A DNA stretch of 64,000 nt, taken from contig QPMI01000593.1 in assembly GCA_004431415.1 (NCBI GenBank), positions 62,001 through 126,000 of the forward strand. The letters are read 5' to 3'. The stretch is from Cyanophora paradoxa CCMP329 (Eukaryota; Plantae; Glaucophyta). Position numbers and translations under genes: made by a program. The notes beneath the pieces are model-generated. The model was not told the origin of the DNA, did not search any database, and worked only from the letters and a program-made list of their open reading frames with translations. How positions within the stretch are numbered: position 1 is the stretch's first letter; each line of letters opens with the position of its first letter. Positions 34,920-48,600 of this stretch are shown here, piece by piece.

Positions 34920-37465
34920 TAGCCTAGTAGTAGTACTGTGAGACTGTGTGAGTCAGCGCTAGCGCTAGGCGCCGCTATAGCTAGCCGTTGTAGCGGCTGC
35001 ACTGCGGCATGCCGCCGATGCCGGCGCCGCGCCCACTGGGCCAGCTGCAGGCTGCAGCTGCAGCCTGCAGGCTGCGGGCCTGCGGCCTGGCCGGGCTATA
35101 ATTATAAGCGCTGGCTGCGCGCATGCGCGCGCCGCGCGCTCGGAGCTCGCGACTCGCGAGACTCGCGATCGGCGCTGCAGGCTGCAGCTGCTAGCCGCGC
35201 CTAGCCTAGTAGCGCTAGCGCTGGAACTAGTAGCGCTAGCGCTGGAACTAGAGCTTCGGAAGCACGTGCACGGTACACGGTACACCGTACACATGCGCAT
35301 GCACATCGCCTCGGCCTGCGCATGCGCAGTGCGCAGTGCGCACTGCGGGCCAGTCTGCGGCACACTGTGCCAGTACGTACCACCGTGTGGCACTGTACCA
35401 GTAGTACGTACTACGTAGTACGTACCCATGCCACTGGGCCAGTTACTAAGTTACAGCCTGGCAGGCTTACGTAGCGCACTGCCAGGCTGCGCAGCAGCGC
35501 TCATGGCCTGGCAGCGGCTAGCGGAAGCGCGCTAGCCCAGCGTTAGCTATCAGGCAACTGCAGCACTGCCAATGCAGCAGCAGCAGCGCTAGCATGCGCG
35601 CTTGCAGCGCAGCGCTGATCGCGATCATGATCATCGGATCGCCTGCCAGGCTGGTCTGAGCAAATTTAGCGAACTCGGAAAGCTGCGTATCGGCGAAACA
35701 CGACATCCGATTCCGTGGTAGTATACGTAGATTCCGTACGCGTATCATCGAATGCCAGTCCGACATGCGTAGCATTGCGTACCACGGACCTGCAGCTGTC
35801 TACGGTACGTCCACGCGCCGCGTGTGACGCGCGGCCGTCGCCGAGTCGGATCGCGATCGGCCCGGCGCCCATGATACTATCATAGTATGATATATATGGC
35901 CGCCGGGCCAGCGCTCGCGATCGCCGCGCACGGGCCGTTGAACTGCCGTGCACCGTGCACGATATCCCGGAGTCCATACACCGTGATACACGTAGCCAGA
36001 TCCAGAGTCTAGGCTGCTACTAGGCCTAGCTATAGCGCTAGCCTAGTAGTAGGCGCAGGTGCGGCTGTACATACATGTGCTGCAAGGCCCGGCCGCCGGG
36101 CCGCCTGCATGTTTCGGCATAAACAACGTTGACGCGCATGCGCAGCGGCGCACGCGGCGCGCTCATGATCAGCGGCGGCGGCATGCTCATAGCAGTTCCG
36201 GTGACCCCTTTCTCTGCATCTCTTCATGCCTAGCTGTAGGCTTAGATCTGCTCTAGACCGCTGCGCCCGCGGCGGGCGGCCTCGCGATCGGAATGTCACT
36301 GAGTCATCGCGCCGCTACAGGTATAGAATTCGAAGCCCCACGGTCGGAATACGCGTTGGAGGTCATCACTGTAGTCTGTAGCACATCTGCGGTTCAAAAT
36401 CACGGCGACTCTTCCGGGAAGTCGCTGAGTGTACATCTGTAAGGCCCGCGCTGCAGCCTGCAGCCGCTGAGCCATACTGTAGTATCGCACATTGTACAAC
36501 GGCCCGCGACCGGCGTATCGGACCAGCGAAAGCCTCTGAACCCGCGCGACAGCGATATCGCCGATCGATCCAGCTGCAGGATTACGAGTACTGCCCGTTC
36601 CCTTCGACGGCTGCGCCACACATGTGCGACGGCGGACGCATATAGTTCGGCTCTGCAGCTGATCGTGACCACGTACATAACGACCGTGCACATCAAAGTG
36701 TGCCGTCTTTTCGAGCTCTGAGTCATGATCGGATTCGACGTGCCCATCTGCCGGTGAGCTGCACATGTTGCAAATGTTCGCAATCATCTTTCGAATTCTG
36801 CGCTCATGTACGGCGCGGCCTTGGTGGGTTTTGCGCAGAAGCTAAGCGCGTATATATACGGATGCACATGAATTCCTAACCGGCGAACGTGAACGGGGAT
36901 TTCGAATTCCGACTCGCGATCGTGCGTAGGTTGCAATTGAAATATTGCAATTGTTGCGGCTTCTCTTGATCATGATTGATCGCCGGTTGTCACAGACAGC
37001 GTATACGTATTCAATTTTAGTATTTGCATCGAAGTACAACACATTGATCTCCCTACGCCTGGTGAGTGTTCTATTTGGTTCGTTCGTTATCGGCTGTGCG
37101 GATTTAGAGCTTGATACTATATATGGTAATGGTCATAGATCTATATGTACATACTAGATCTAGACCGTCGACTCCGGGCAAATTGAACTTTCGCTATCGC
37201 CGCTAAGTCATCGAGGCAAATTAAACAATCGTGAGCCTCGAGATGAGCCGTTGAACGCATGGCTAGCGCTGCGGACGCTTGCACTGCGGCCGCGGTGGGA
37301 CGTCACAAAAATAACAAAGACGCCGAAGCACACATGCTTCTGCCGGGCCGGATCTCGTCGCAAAAGCTTGTGGAGCCCTATGTATACATACGCCGCTGAT
37401 CAAATCAGAATCGGCAGGTGTCACAGTGTCGGGGTGCAATCGCGACACGTACCGCCAAGATAGCG

Positions 37466-40235
37466 ATGAGCGGTGGTGTCCCAAGAAACGGAGGGGCGGC
37501 GCCTAGCGATCCCAGCCGTGGTCTGCCGCCCGGATGCGATTCCGAGCCATTCGAATCTATTGTGAACGTCAAAGAAGGGTGCGCATACGCGCCATCGCCC
37601 ACAATCATAAGCGACGCATATACAAGCTGAAGCTTCTATTTGAAAAGAATCTAGAGTGCCACTGAGCGCACATGTAATCGCGTTTCGTCAAAGCTTACCG
37701 TTAAGCGTTTTAAGTTTACGTGCGCGTACGGTCGACGTACGCGTCGACCTGCGCGACGGTCGCCTTGATCATGAATCGCATGAATCGCGTCATGGATGCT
37801 GACCACGGCCTCCATATCCGCAGGGCTTCAGATGGAAAGACCGCAGCAGCCGCTGCAGGGCCGCGCGGCCGCGCGCACGCGGCACCAGCACTGCCGCTCA
37901 ACTTCCCGCGGGTCAGCGCGGGCGTCGAGGTGGAGCTCCTACCGACGTCGCCGCCGGGCCTGCCGCCCCCATCGCCCCTCGAGCCAGCCGTTAGCTTCCG
38001 TTCGGCCGCCTCTCGGCCCGTGCAGATGCCGCCCGCCACCGACCGCCCCATCGATCCCGGACCCATCCTCGCCCCCTTTGAATACCAACCCTCGCCATCC
38101 CCGATCTCCAGTTCCTTGCCCAGCTGCAGCCCCCCGGGCGGATCCGAAAGCTCCAGCTCGACGCGGGGCTCCGCATCCGGATCTGGATCCGGAGGCGCTC
38201 GGCCCCAGGACCCGCCGGAGCTACCTTCCATATCCGCCCTCCAGCTGATCGCGTTCCGATCGTCTTCGAACGTTCCCCGCACCGGTAACGACGCCGCCGC
38301 GTCGAATTCAGGCCCAACCGGCCCTCTAGATTCAAGTCTGCCGCGAGGTGCGCATGCGTCCGACGGTTGAAGCTAAAGAGGAAGCTAAAGAAGCGGCGAC
38401 GGTTAAAGAAGAAAGAAAAAGCCGCATAAAACAATCGCCTGCGTATGTAAACCAATGAACACATCCTACTCACGATTGCCATCGCTTGCTCGCTTCAGCT
38501 TGTTCGCTGACGCACGTCCTCAGGGCAGCATTCTCAGCCGGACCCGCGGGCGGCGCCTGCGCGGGGACCCGCGCTCCTTTCCGCGGGCAGCCCCGCGGCC
38601 GCGCCCGGTGGCCATGACCTCCTCGGCTCTATGGGACCCGCCCCATTCCCCTCGGCGACCGGGCCCGCCCCCGTCTCGGACGGCCCGTGGCGTGTGTGGA
38701 GCAGCGGTAGCGCGCTGCGACCCGCGGCTGCGGCCGCGCCCGCAGGCCCGCGGCTGCCTCCGCCCCACGAGCTGCTGGCGGGAGCGAGCCGCCTCTCCAA
38801 CTTCCCGCAGCCGCCGCCGTTTGCCAGCAGCCCCGTGAACCTCAGCGTCGCCCTCCCGAGCGCGGGCGTAAACCGTCCCTCCGAGTGGCCGCAGGCGCAG
38901 GCGTACGCGTGGAGCCCGTCGCTGAGCAGCAGCGCGAGCCCCCCGGCCGCCACGCCCCCCTACGGATCCGCAGCCGCTGCCGCCATGTACGGCCCGCCCG
39001 CCGCCGCCTTGAGCTCGGGGCCCGCGGCCGGCTCGGGCGTCGCCCGCGCCGCGGCCTCGGCCGCCCGGGCCCGCGCGGCGGCCCGCGGCCCCGGCCGCCT
39101 ACGGTGCGCGTTCATGATCAGCCGCGGCTGCCCCCGCGCGCAGCTGAGTTCGAGCGCGCAGATCGCGGTCCCTGTCCGCGGCGACGCGGCGAGGACGACC
39201 GCCGCCGGCCGGCGAGGCCTCCGCCTCGCGCCGCCGCTCGCGCTCCCTCTCCACATCGAACTCGGGCTCCGGCTCCGCCCCCAGCTCCGGCCACGGCTCG
39301 GACCCGGAGGCCGAGCCGGCCGCCAAAGGCCCCTCGGCCGCCTTCTTCTTCGCCCCCGCGCTGCAGCCGCAGCTCTCCCCGCACTCGACGGGTGCGCATG
39401 CGCATCTCCCTCCAATGCGGCGCCGACGTCGCAGAGGCCCGGGCCCCACCGCTCACACTCTCGCCCGCTGCTCTGCGGGCAGGCTCGGGATCGAGCGCGA
39501 GCCGCTCGGAGAGCGCCGGCTCCTCTAGGTCGCAGGGGCGGGCCCGCGCCTCCGCCCGGCCGGTGCGCCCGACCCGCGCCTTGCCCACGCGCGTCAACGT
39601 CGACGGCGGCGCCTCATGACGTGCCTGCCCCGCAGCGCGAGCGGGGCGCCCTCGGGGGGCGCGGGAGCTCCCGCGGGCGCCGCCGCATGTCCAACGACGG
39701 GGACCAGAAGCGGTCGCCCATGGATGCGACGGGCGCCGGCCCCGGCCCCGGCGCCGAGGACGCGCCGGCGCCCGGACCCTCCTCGAGCTCGCGGTCGCCA
39801 CTCGCGATCGACGGTCGGGATCGCGATCGCGAACCCGGCTCGCCTGCGGCGGGGGTACCGGTGCCCGTGCCGCCCTGGGCCCCCTCGGGCGCCGTCCGCG
39901 CGGGGGGTATCGGGTCCCTCCTTGGCTTCCAAGGGCTCGTGCCCGGGCCCCTACCGGACCTCTGGATCCCCCTTGGCGCGTACCCCCCGCTCCCCCCGCC
40001 GGACCCGTACCCATACGGTGCTGCCGCGCCCCATCCGGCGCCCGTCGGAGCCCCCTGGTCGGGTGCAGGTCTCCTTCTGGCCCCCCTCGCCTCCGTTGCT
40101 TTTCTGACCAGGGGCCATGCGCAGAAAGGAGCGGCGGGATTCCCCCTCCTCCCCCTCCTCCACCTCCTCCCCGACCTTGAGGCCAACCGCACCCCCCGCC
40201 GGACCGTAACGTCATATCTATACACACACGCATAG
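37466..40235 (+). CDS. Putative spliced low-complexity Pro/Ser/Ala-rich protein, probably disordered
   Basis: GC-rich open frames (37720-38370, 38631-40235) are separated by GTGCG..CAG introns and contain LPSISAL and RLPPPHELL motifs. Start and end are uncertain. Confidence 0.5.
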
Positions 40236-40281
40236 TTCTAGTCTTCTTTGACTCTTTCTTCTGTTGTGCTATTCTTCGAAT

Positions 40282-40339
40282 CGAATGTAGATACCCGAAT
40301 GTAGATACCCGAATGTAGATACCCGAATGTAGATACCCG
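40282..40339. repeat. Perfect 14-bp tandem repeat x4 (CGAATGTAGATACC)
   Basis: Directly visible. Confidence 0.95.
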
Positions 40340-41785
40340 CATAAGCTAGCTGATGAATCAAGAGATAGCTTCATGGTGCTTTATCGATGTTTTAGTTACT
40401 TCTCTGATTATAGATGCAGCCTTTAGATCGCTTTATTTGCCGCTAATGTTATTGAATCCAATTGCAATCGCCGAGTGTAGTGCGCATATGCATGCCACAG
40501 TGCATGTGCCATATTGTAAGTAGAATTCGAACGTTTTATTTTATGGTGTATGCCACCAGCTGCAGGCGCGGTCCTAGGCCGACGTCGAGCTCAGCGGCTC
40601 GAAATCTTTCCACACGTTTGAGGGCGCCTAGGTCGACGCGTACGTCCTTTTATTGATTCTCTGCGCTCTTTCGCTGCCAAGCTGCGTTTACTAGTACTGG
40701 ACTTTTTGTTGATCAGTCTCTCATTCACGTGTAGCCAACTGCAGTGTAGCCATCGATATCGGGATATATAGCCTAGAAGTAGATCTAGATGAGCTGTTCG
40801 TGTCCAGATTTAGATCGAAGTCAAATTCAGAACACCGACACTCGAAAGAAAAGCGTAGAAGTCTTCAAGGCTTTGGCTAGCTAGCTTGAATTTTATAATT
40901 AGCCAGGTCCCTTAAGTCGGGCCTGTTTCTCCGAGCGCAATATAGATTGCAAGCTCGAATCGCTTTCAACTTTTTGGCACCTTCGTTATCTCATCGCGAT
41001 CGCCTTCTGTGTTATTTACGTGAACGACCATCGGATCACCGCGTGTTGTACGGTAGTTCGATTCCGGATCCGCCACTACAAATTGTGGTTTCCGAGCTTT
41101 TATGAGCTTTTATGATTAGAGTCACTGAGTTGCTTAAGCTAAATCTGAAACCTCTGAGCATATGACTAATATTTTTTTTGAGACACTACGGTGGGGCGAA
41201 CCTTGGTTCGCTTACATAATTAATTACCCATGATCATATGCATGATCAGCCTGGCAGGCTTTAAGCTTTGAGCTATGAGGTTAACGTTCGAATTCGAATT
41301 CGCGTCGACGTCATTGCGCATGCAATTGATCATGATCATGAAATCATGATCGATATATGTCGACGTCGCGAGAGACATGCATGTATATGCAGCCGCTGGG
41401 CTGTGATCATGATGCAGGGTGGCTCAGTCTGGCAGCTGCGCATACAGGGCTGAGCCTTCGATCGCGAGCCAGGGCTGTAACTTTGTGAATTAATTATTAC
41501 TAGTTACACGGTTCTAGACATGGGTAGAAAACGCGACAGCACGACATGCGCGTTCGCATGTGAGAACACGGGCGGGCGGAGCGCGAGCGATAGGCTATCG
41601 ATATAAATACCATGAAAACTGATCTGCATAAACACGAGGTGAAATGGCGAACGAGCTAGAAATACACAAGCGCTCTCTAGATCTGTCACAGAAGCGCTCT
41701 AGAAAGAAAAGAACAAAATTGTACGCGAGCGAGGGCGAAAAGGAGAGCCGTGGATGTCGAAAGCGGGCGAAAGACGGGTACAGAT

Positions 41786-44700
41786 CTATGCCTTGACGCG
41801 GGGCGTGGTGGCGCCCCCCCCGCGGGGCGTGACGGGCGAGAGGGCGGCCGTCGGCGAGCCGGCCGTCTGCGAACGAAGAAGCAAAGTCAGGCGCGGGCGG
41901 GCGGGCGGGCGAACGAAGCGGGGGTACGGCTTCGTCCGCGCGCGCGCGCACGTCGCGGAAGGACGGGGACTTGGACGACTTGAATGACGAGAAGGCCGAC
42001 GAGAGGCCCGACTTGACGCGCTCGACCACGCCGCGCCCCTCGGGCCCCGCCCCGCCGCCGCCGCCGGCGGCGCCCGGGCTCGGCGCACGCGGGTCCGCGA
42101 GGGTCGGCACGGAGAGCTCGGCGCTCTTCTTCGCGTGCTGCACGCGCGCCGGGTGCGCATGCGGGCCCGAGTTGCGGCGGGGCCTGGCCCCGGCCCCGGC
42201 CCCGGCGCCCACGGAGGCGAAGGCCGAGCTCGAGAAGCTGGAGATGCCAGCGCCGACGCCGGCGCCGCCGGACCCGACGCCGGCGCCGGCGGGGGCGCCC
42301 CCACCGCCAGGCGCGCGTTGGCGCTGATCTGCGCCAGCGCGTCGTGCACGTCTGCGCGGCTCAGGTGAGCGGCCGCGGCTCAGGTGAGCGGCGGCGGCGG
42401 CGCGCACCGGCGACGGAGGAGCGGCGGCGGCTGCGGACGCCCGGGCGGGCGCCGGCGGCAGGGGAAGGACCGAGCGGCTCCAGGCGGCTGCCGCCCGCGC
42501 CGCCGCTGAGGACGCGCTGCAGGGGGGCCCGCCCCTCGGCGCCCTTCAGCGCCGCCGCCTCGTCCCTCGCCACCGCCGCCACCGCCTCTGCAGCGGCGAT
42601 AAGATTCCAGCTAAGCCGGCCGCCCCGCCGGCCGGCCCAGACGATTGAGCCGAAGGCCACCGCACGGACCGTCGCGGGAGGAGAGGGACTCGATGAGCTG
42701 CCGGACCATGCTCGCCAGCGGCCGGTGGTCCCTGCGCCCCCCAGTAAGAAAGGAAGAGAAAGGAAAGGAAAAGAAGAAGGGCGCGCCAGGAGCGGGAGGC
42801 CTCGAGGATGGAGACGAGGCGCACGAGGGCGCGCACGAAGGCCGCCGCCTCCGCCGCCCGCGTCCTCAGGTACGGGTCCACCGCCCCTGGGTTTTGGTGA
42901 GAAAGGGGGGGGGGGGGGGGGGGGGGGGCGTGAGGGGCGAGGGGGTACCCTTGCGGGCGATGTCGAGGAGCGCGCGGAGGCCGTACCCCGCCGCCTCGTT
43001 CCGCAGCGCCATCTCCCGCTCGTCCGCCTGCGCCCGGGGGGTACGGCGCTCAGCGCGGGGGGAGGGGGGGGGAGAGAGGGGGACAGAGGCGGGCCTTGGA
43101 GTCGGGGCGGGGCGTGGGGGTCGGGCTGGGGGCGCCCTTCTCGGAGGCGTTCGTGGCGGAGGCGGAGCGGGGCGCGGCGCCCGTCAGGCCCCGCTCCTGC
43201 ACCAGCTCCGAGTGCCTGCGCGGCGAGCGGGGAGGGGCGCGAGCTCAGCTCGCTCGGCCTCCCCTCGTCTGACGCTCCCCGCCCTTATCTCACCGCTTGA
43301 CAAGGGAGATGATGGTGGGCGCGCCCTCCGCGATCGGCCGCCATATCTCCTCTGCGGACGAGGAGGGGCGCCTCAGGGAAGGGGCGGGGGGCGGGGAAAG
43401 AGGGGTACGCGCCCTCGAACTGGGAGGCGTGGGCGGCGACGAGGGCGCAGCCGGCCTGCAGGACGAGCAGCTCGGCGGGGGACTCATCGGCGAAGCTCGC
43501 CACGTGCTGCGCCCGGATCAAATTAAATGCTCGGATCAAATTCGAGATCAATTGTGGCGGACCTGCCGGAGGATCTCGATGGCCGAGTGGCCGAGGCCCG
43601 CCTCCACAACGGACCGCTGCATCTTCTCTGCGAACGAAGCGCCGGCTTCAGAGGGGGGTAGGGGGGAAAGAGAGGGGAGCGGGGCGGGGCGTACCCCGCT
43701 GGGCCATCTCGGCGGCGATGGCGAGGGGCCCGACCCAGCCAGGGCCCAGCGCCTCGCTCGCGCAGCGCTTCACGTCCTGCGCAGCCGGCGGGACCTCGGT
43801 CAGCGGGCGGGGGGAGGAGGAGGGGGGTACGGGTACGGGGGCGCGCCTTCGCGATGCGGGCGAGGAGGGGCTTGTTCGAGAACTGGAACCGGAACTCCTC
43901 TAGGGGGGTAGCACAGCGTCAAAGCGAGCCGGGGGGGGGGGGAGCCGGGACGGGTAGGGAGAGGTGAGGTAAGGACCCGTCTGGCAGAAGCGGCGGATGA
44001 GCTCGACGGCGAGGTGGACCTCGATCTCGGTGGAGAGGCCCTCGCCGATGTCCAGCAGCTGGGAGCCCGGCATCAGCCGCATGATGAAGTCGGCCGCCTC
44101 CGCTGCACCGAAAACAAATAAGAAAGGGAAAGGAAAGGGAAGGGAAGGAAAGGGAAGGAGAAGGGGCGCGCGTGTGGAGGTCATGGAGACGAGGACGGCC
44201 AGCGCCGCGGCGCGCTCGCGGAGCACGAGCTGGTTCCCCGCGACCACGTCGTCTGCGTCCAGGGGGACGGCGTCAGCGGGAAGGAGAAGAAGGGGGGAAG
44301 GGCGGAGGGCGGACCGTCCGTGCCGGTGGCGGCGAGGGCGCAGAGGGAGCGGATGCCGGCGGCCGTGTCTGCGCGCGCGCGTGCGGGTCGACGTCGGCCC
44401 GGGGGCGGGTGGCGCTGGAAGAAGGAAGGAACGAGCGCGGGCGTACCCTCGCCGACGACCTCGTCGGCGCTGAGGCCGCGGCCGTCCTCCATCAGAAGAA
44501 AGAGCTCCTCGAGGGCCTGCAGCCGCGCCGCGGCGTTGCCCCAGCCGCTCTTCTGCAGCTGCGCCAGGTGCTTCGCGATCTGCGTCGCCCGCGTCGACCG
44601 GACCAGCCCGATGCCGCCCAGGACCTGCCCGGACGAGCGAGCGCGATCCGTTGGGACGGAAGCAAAGCTGAAGCGTGATGCTTCGCACCTGCGTCCGGAA

Positions 44701-45092
44701 CGAGGCCTGCTTCCTGCCCTTGAAGAACGGGTCCGACTCCACCTGCGGGCGGGCGGCGTCGGCGCTGCGCCCGCCTCTGCGCTGTGCCGCTTCCAGCCAA
44801 ACGCACCCTCCTCAGATCGCTGTTCCAGTCGCTGTCGCCCGTGCTCGAGGTCGGCGAGTGCCGCCCCGAACCGCCCGAGCCGGCATGCCCGGAACGCTTC
44901 TTGGCCTGCTTGCTCGACTTGATTTCGATCGTTGCGCATCCTGCCGAGAAGGGTGAGCTATATGAAAGCAGGCGCGCCCGGCTGCAGGCCGCAGCATGGA
45001 TCCGGAGCTGCTGGCGCGTGGAAAGGAGGAGCTAGTAGAAAAGGCGGCCACGGGCGAAAGGAGCCATCGGAAGATAGAGAGAGCATTGACAT
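41786..45092 (-). CDS. Multi-exon alpha-helical (possibly ARM/HEAT-like) protein of unknown function
   Basis: Exon peptides on the minus strand (QIAKHLAQLQKSGWGNAAARLQALEELFLLME; ERAAALAVLVSMT; EVHLAVELIRRFC; MQRSVVEAGLGHSAIEILRQ) are separated by pyrimidine-rich introns. The C-terminus is low-complexity with a stop at 41786. Start approximate. Confidence 0.6.
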
Positions 45093-45622
45093 AGGTGTGC
45101 TTGTAGCTATCTAGCTCGCTGACGCGCGGGTAGCCTGCGCGCCCGAGCAATCGCAGGGGCCAGCTGGTCTCGCGGGGCGGGGCGCGGAGGGCGCGGCGAC
45201 GAGGGCGCGGCGTTCAAAGCGTCCTTACCTAGCGGTATGCTCGAGCCATGACCCATGCGGCCGCCTGCCCCCTGTAGCGCGCCCGAAGGGAGGCTGTGAA
45301 ACGCCGCCTAGGTGGCTCGCAGGCTGCGTTACGGATGCAGCTGCAGGCTCCGGGGAACAAGCTGTGCCGCGGGCGACGTGCTGCGGGCTGCTGGCGGCGG
45401 CGTGGACGATCCGGAGGCGGCGCGCGTGTGCTTGCGATTCAGCGGGCGGCTACGACAATGCCGAGCGCGTGCTATGGGCGAGCCTAGGTGACTGCGTCGC
45501 AAGTTCTCGCAACCCTGCTTTTTTTCGAACGTGCGCGATACCCCTCCTCGAAGGTGCCGAATCGCAGCAGCCTAGCTGTAGCACTGAGAAGCGAAGGCTG
45601 AAAGCAGGAGCAGCGTCGGGCA

Positions 45623-48600
45623 ATGTCGACGCGGGCGCTGCGCAAGCTGCGCGGCCCCGAGCTGCCCAGTGCACCGCCGCCGCGCGTGCAGCAGGATGAA
45701 AGCGAAGAGGAGGAGGAGGACGAAGTGCCGGTCCTCACTCGCGCCGCGAACGTTTTCAGCCTGGCGAGCGCCATCCATGTGAACGACCGCCGCCGCCGGC
45801 GCTGACCTTCGCGCCGCAGCTGAACGACACGGACGACGAGGAGCCCGAGCCTGAGACGGAGAGCGCGCCCGCGCCACCGGTGCGCTCTCGCCCGCCGCGG
45901 GCGCCCGCGCCGCCTCCGGGATCCGCTCCGGCGCCGCGCGCCATCGCGCTCACGCGCGAGCGCAGGCGAAGCCGAAGGGCGGCGGCGGCGGCGGCGGCGG
46001 CGCCAAGAAGAAGGGCAAGGCGAAGGGGAAGAACAAGAAGAAGGCGGCGGCGGCGGCGGAGTCGGACGAGGAGGCCGACGCGGAGGCGGCGCGGCGGCAG
46101 GCGGAGAAGGACGCGGAGGAGCACCGCCTGCTGGACCAGCTAATCGCCGAGGGCGGCGGCGGCGGCGGCGGCGGATCCGCCGCCGGCGGCGGCGCCGGGC
46201 CGGGCGCGCCGCTGGCGCCGGCGGCGTCGGCGTGGGACCGAAGGAACGCGCTCCTCGCGATCGACGCGAAGCACCTGGACCCCGACCGCGAGATGCGCCG
46301 CCTCTTCGGGTGCGCCCCTCCGCGCCCCTCCGCGCCGCGCCGCGCGGGGCTCGGCCGAGGCGCCGCCGCAGCTCGCGGGTGGTAAGCGAGGAGAACCGGC
46401 GGCGGGAGCGGTACGCGGCGGGCCGGGCCGGCCCCTCTGCCGCCCAGTCCCTCCGCAAGACGACCCTCACCAAGCCCAAGGACTGGCGCGCCCTTCCCCT
46501 CCCCCCCTCCATCCCCCCGCCCCCATTGGACTGATTCCGGTACCCCCCGGTGCAGGTGGCCTCGTTTCCAGGCCGGCCTCACGATGGAGCCCGCGGACTC
46601 CTACTCGATGGACGGTGCGGTACCCCCGGTCGAGCCGTACCCCCGCACTGATTCCCCCCTCCCCCTGCTCCCTACAGGCTGCGTGCACTTCAGGTACGTG
46701 TGGTCCTCGAGCTACCGGGATACGCAGGTGCCCCCCCTCGCCTTCTCATTCCTGTACCCCCGCGTGATCATCCCCTCCCCCAGCTGGACTACGAGGCGTG
46801 CGTGCGGACGCACGACCCGAACACCATCGCCCAGGCTCGCGAGCCCCATCTCCCATCCCTAACCCCCCCCCCCCCTCCACCCCCACAAGTCGGCCGACTG
46901 TACCCCCGCAGCTGGTGGCGCACCACCCGTGCCAGGTGGACGCCCTCCTCCAGCTCTCCGAGGTCCCCTCTCTCCCCCTCCCCCTTCCCCCCCCTTGCCC
47001 GCGCGCCCCTCGCCGGCCGGCTCCTATAGCTCGGTGGCTGGCCCCCGGCCCCTCCCTGCCCTCCCCGCCTCCGCCGCCCCGTCTCCCCACGCGCGCCGAC
47101 CCGCCCCTAGCCAATCCCCTAGCCCCCACCTAGATTACGAAGCCTGGCCCGGAGGCCTGACGCCGGCGGGCCGCCCCCAGATCTACAAGTACAGCGGCGA
47201 GCTGGACGCGGCGACCGAGCTCCTCGACCGCGCCCTCTACTGCCTCGAGGCCGCATGGTGCGCGGCAGGGCGGGCGGGGCGGCCTAGAGACAGACGGCTC
47301 AGAGGATGCGCTGCGCGTTCGAGCGGTTCGCTCTGATCATATGAGCTCCGTCCCGCGACGGCAGGCACCCGCAGTTCAAGCCGGCGAGCGGCGCCTGCCG
47401 ACTCGACTTCGCCGTCATGGAGAACAAGTGCGCGCGCGCCCGTACCCCTGCGGATAACCCGTACCCCCTCGGGACTCACCCCGCCACCCTCCAGGGCCAT
47501 TTTCCAGGCCCTCTTCCGGCGCCTGCAGATGCTTGGGCGCGGCGGCTGCTCCCGCACCTCCCTCGGTACCCCCCTCTCCCTTTCCCCCCCCCCCTCCTAC
47601 TCGGATTCGAACTGCACTTCGTACCCCCAGAGACGGCCAAGCTGCTGCTTGCACTGGACCCCGACAGCGACCCGATGGGTGTGCTCCAGTGCATCGACTA
47701 CTTCGCCCTCCGCGCCGGGTACCCCCCTTAACCTCCCCCCCCCCAACTTCCTCCCTCCCCCCTCATTTTTCTCCAGGGAGTACAAGTTCCTTCTGGAGCT
47801 GGTGGCGGCGCCGGCGCCGCCCGGGCGATCCGCCTCCTTCGGGCGGGAGCCGCCCCTCTTCCTCCCCAACGCCCTCTACTCTTCCGGTACCCCCCGGCCT
47901 TCTTTCCCCCCTTCCTGGCCCCGAGCGAAGCGCGCAGCGTACGCGCTCATGCGCGTGGGGCGGGACGGCGGCGCCCCGCCCGTCGACGAGCCGGTGCGCC
48001 CATCCTTCGAATCTCTTCTGAAACTGCGTACCCCCCTGAAGCGCGGCAGGTCCTCCGTCGCCTCCTCTCGCACACGCTCGACCCGGCCTCGCCCGCGCCG
48101 CCCCCGCCCTCCGCCTCGGCCCTCGCCGCCGCGCTCCTGCGGCAGGCGGTCCTCATGTACCCCGGCGCCGTCCGCCCCCTCCTCGAGAAGTGCAACGTCA
48201 AGCCCGATTCCGACAAGGCGAGCGGGCGGCCTTCTCGCTTCTTTCGAGTCCTGAGCGATTTTCTCTCTCTTTGCAGGGCGCCAGGGGCTGGGCCGCCCTC
48301 CTCAAGCGGCCCCTCTTCGACGACGACGAGCCGGCCGCCAGCGTCGACCACCTCACCGTACCCCCTCCCCTCTCTGTTTTCAAGGTGGGGGTACGCGTTT
48401 GAGAGAGGGGGTACGCGCACGCGGCAGGACATCTTCGTGGAGCGGAGCCACTCGCTGTGGAAGGACCCGCAGGCGCAGGATCTGCTGAAGGCGGCGGGGT
48501 GGGAGGCCGCCGCCGCGCACGACGCGGGGGCGCTTGAGGCCCGCCGCGCCCGCGCCGCCGTCGCCGAGCACTGGCCCCAGTCCCAGGTCCGTCCGAGCCC

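Noticed and set aside
34938-37260. Short ORFs in palindrome-rich DNA
   Set aside because: No coherent exon chain or domain; composition fits neutral intergenic DNA.
40282-40339. CRISPR-like array
   Set aside because: Contiguous 14-bp tandem repeat with no spacers, in a eukaryotic context and with no cas genes.
40345-40375. Hammerhead ribozyme core (CTGATGA)
   Set aside because: No GAAA box or supporting stems.
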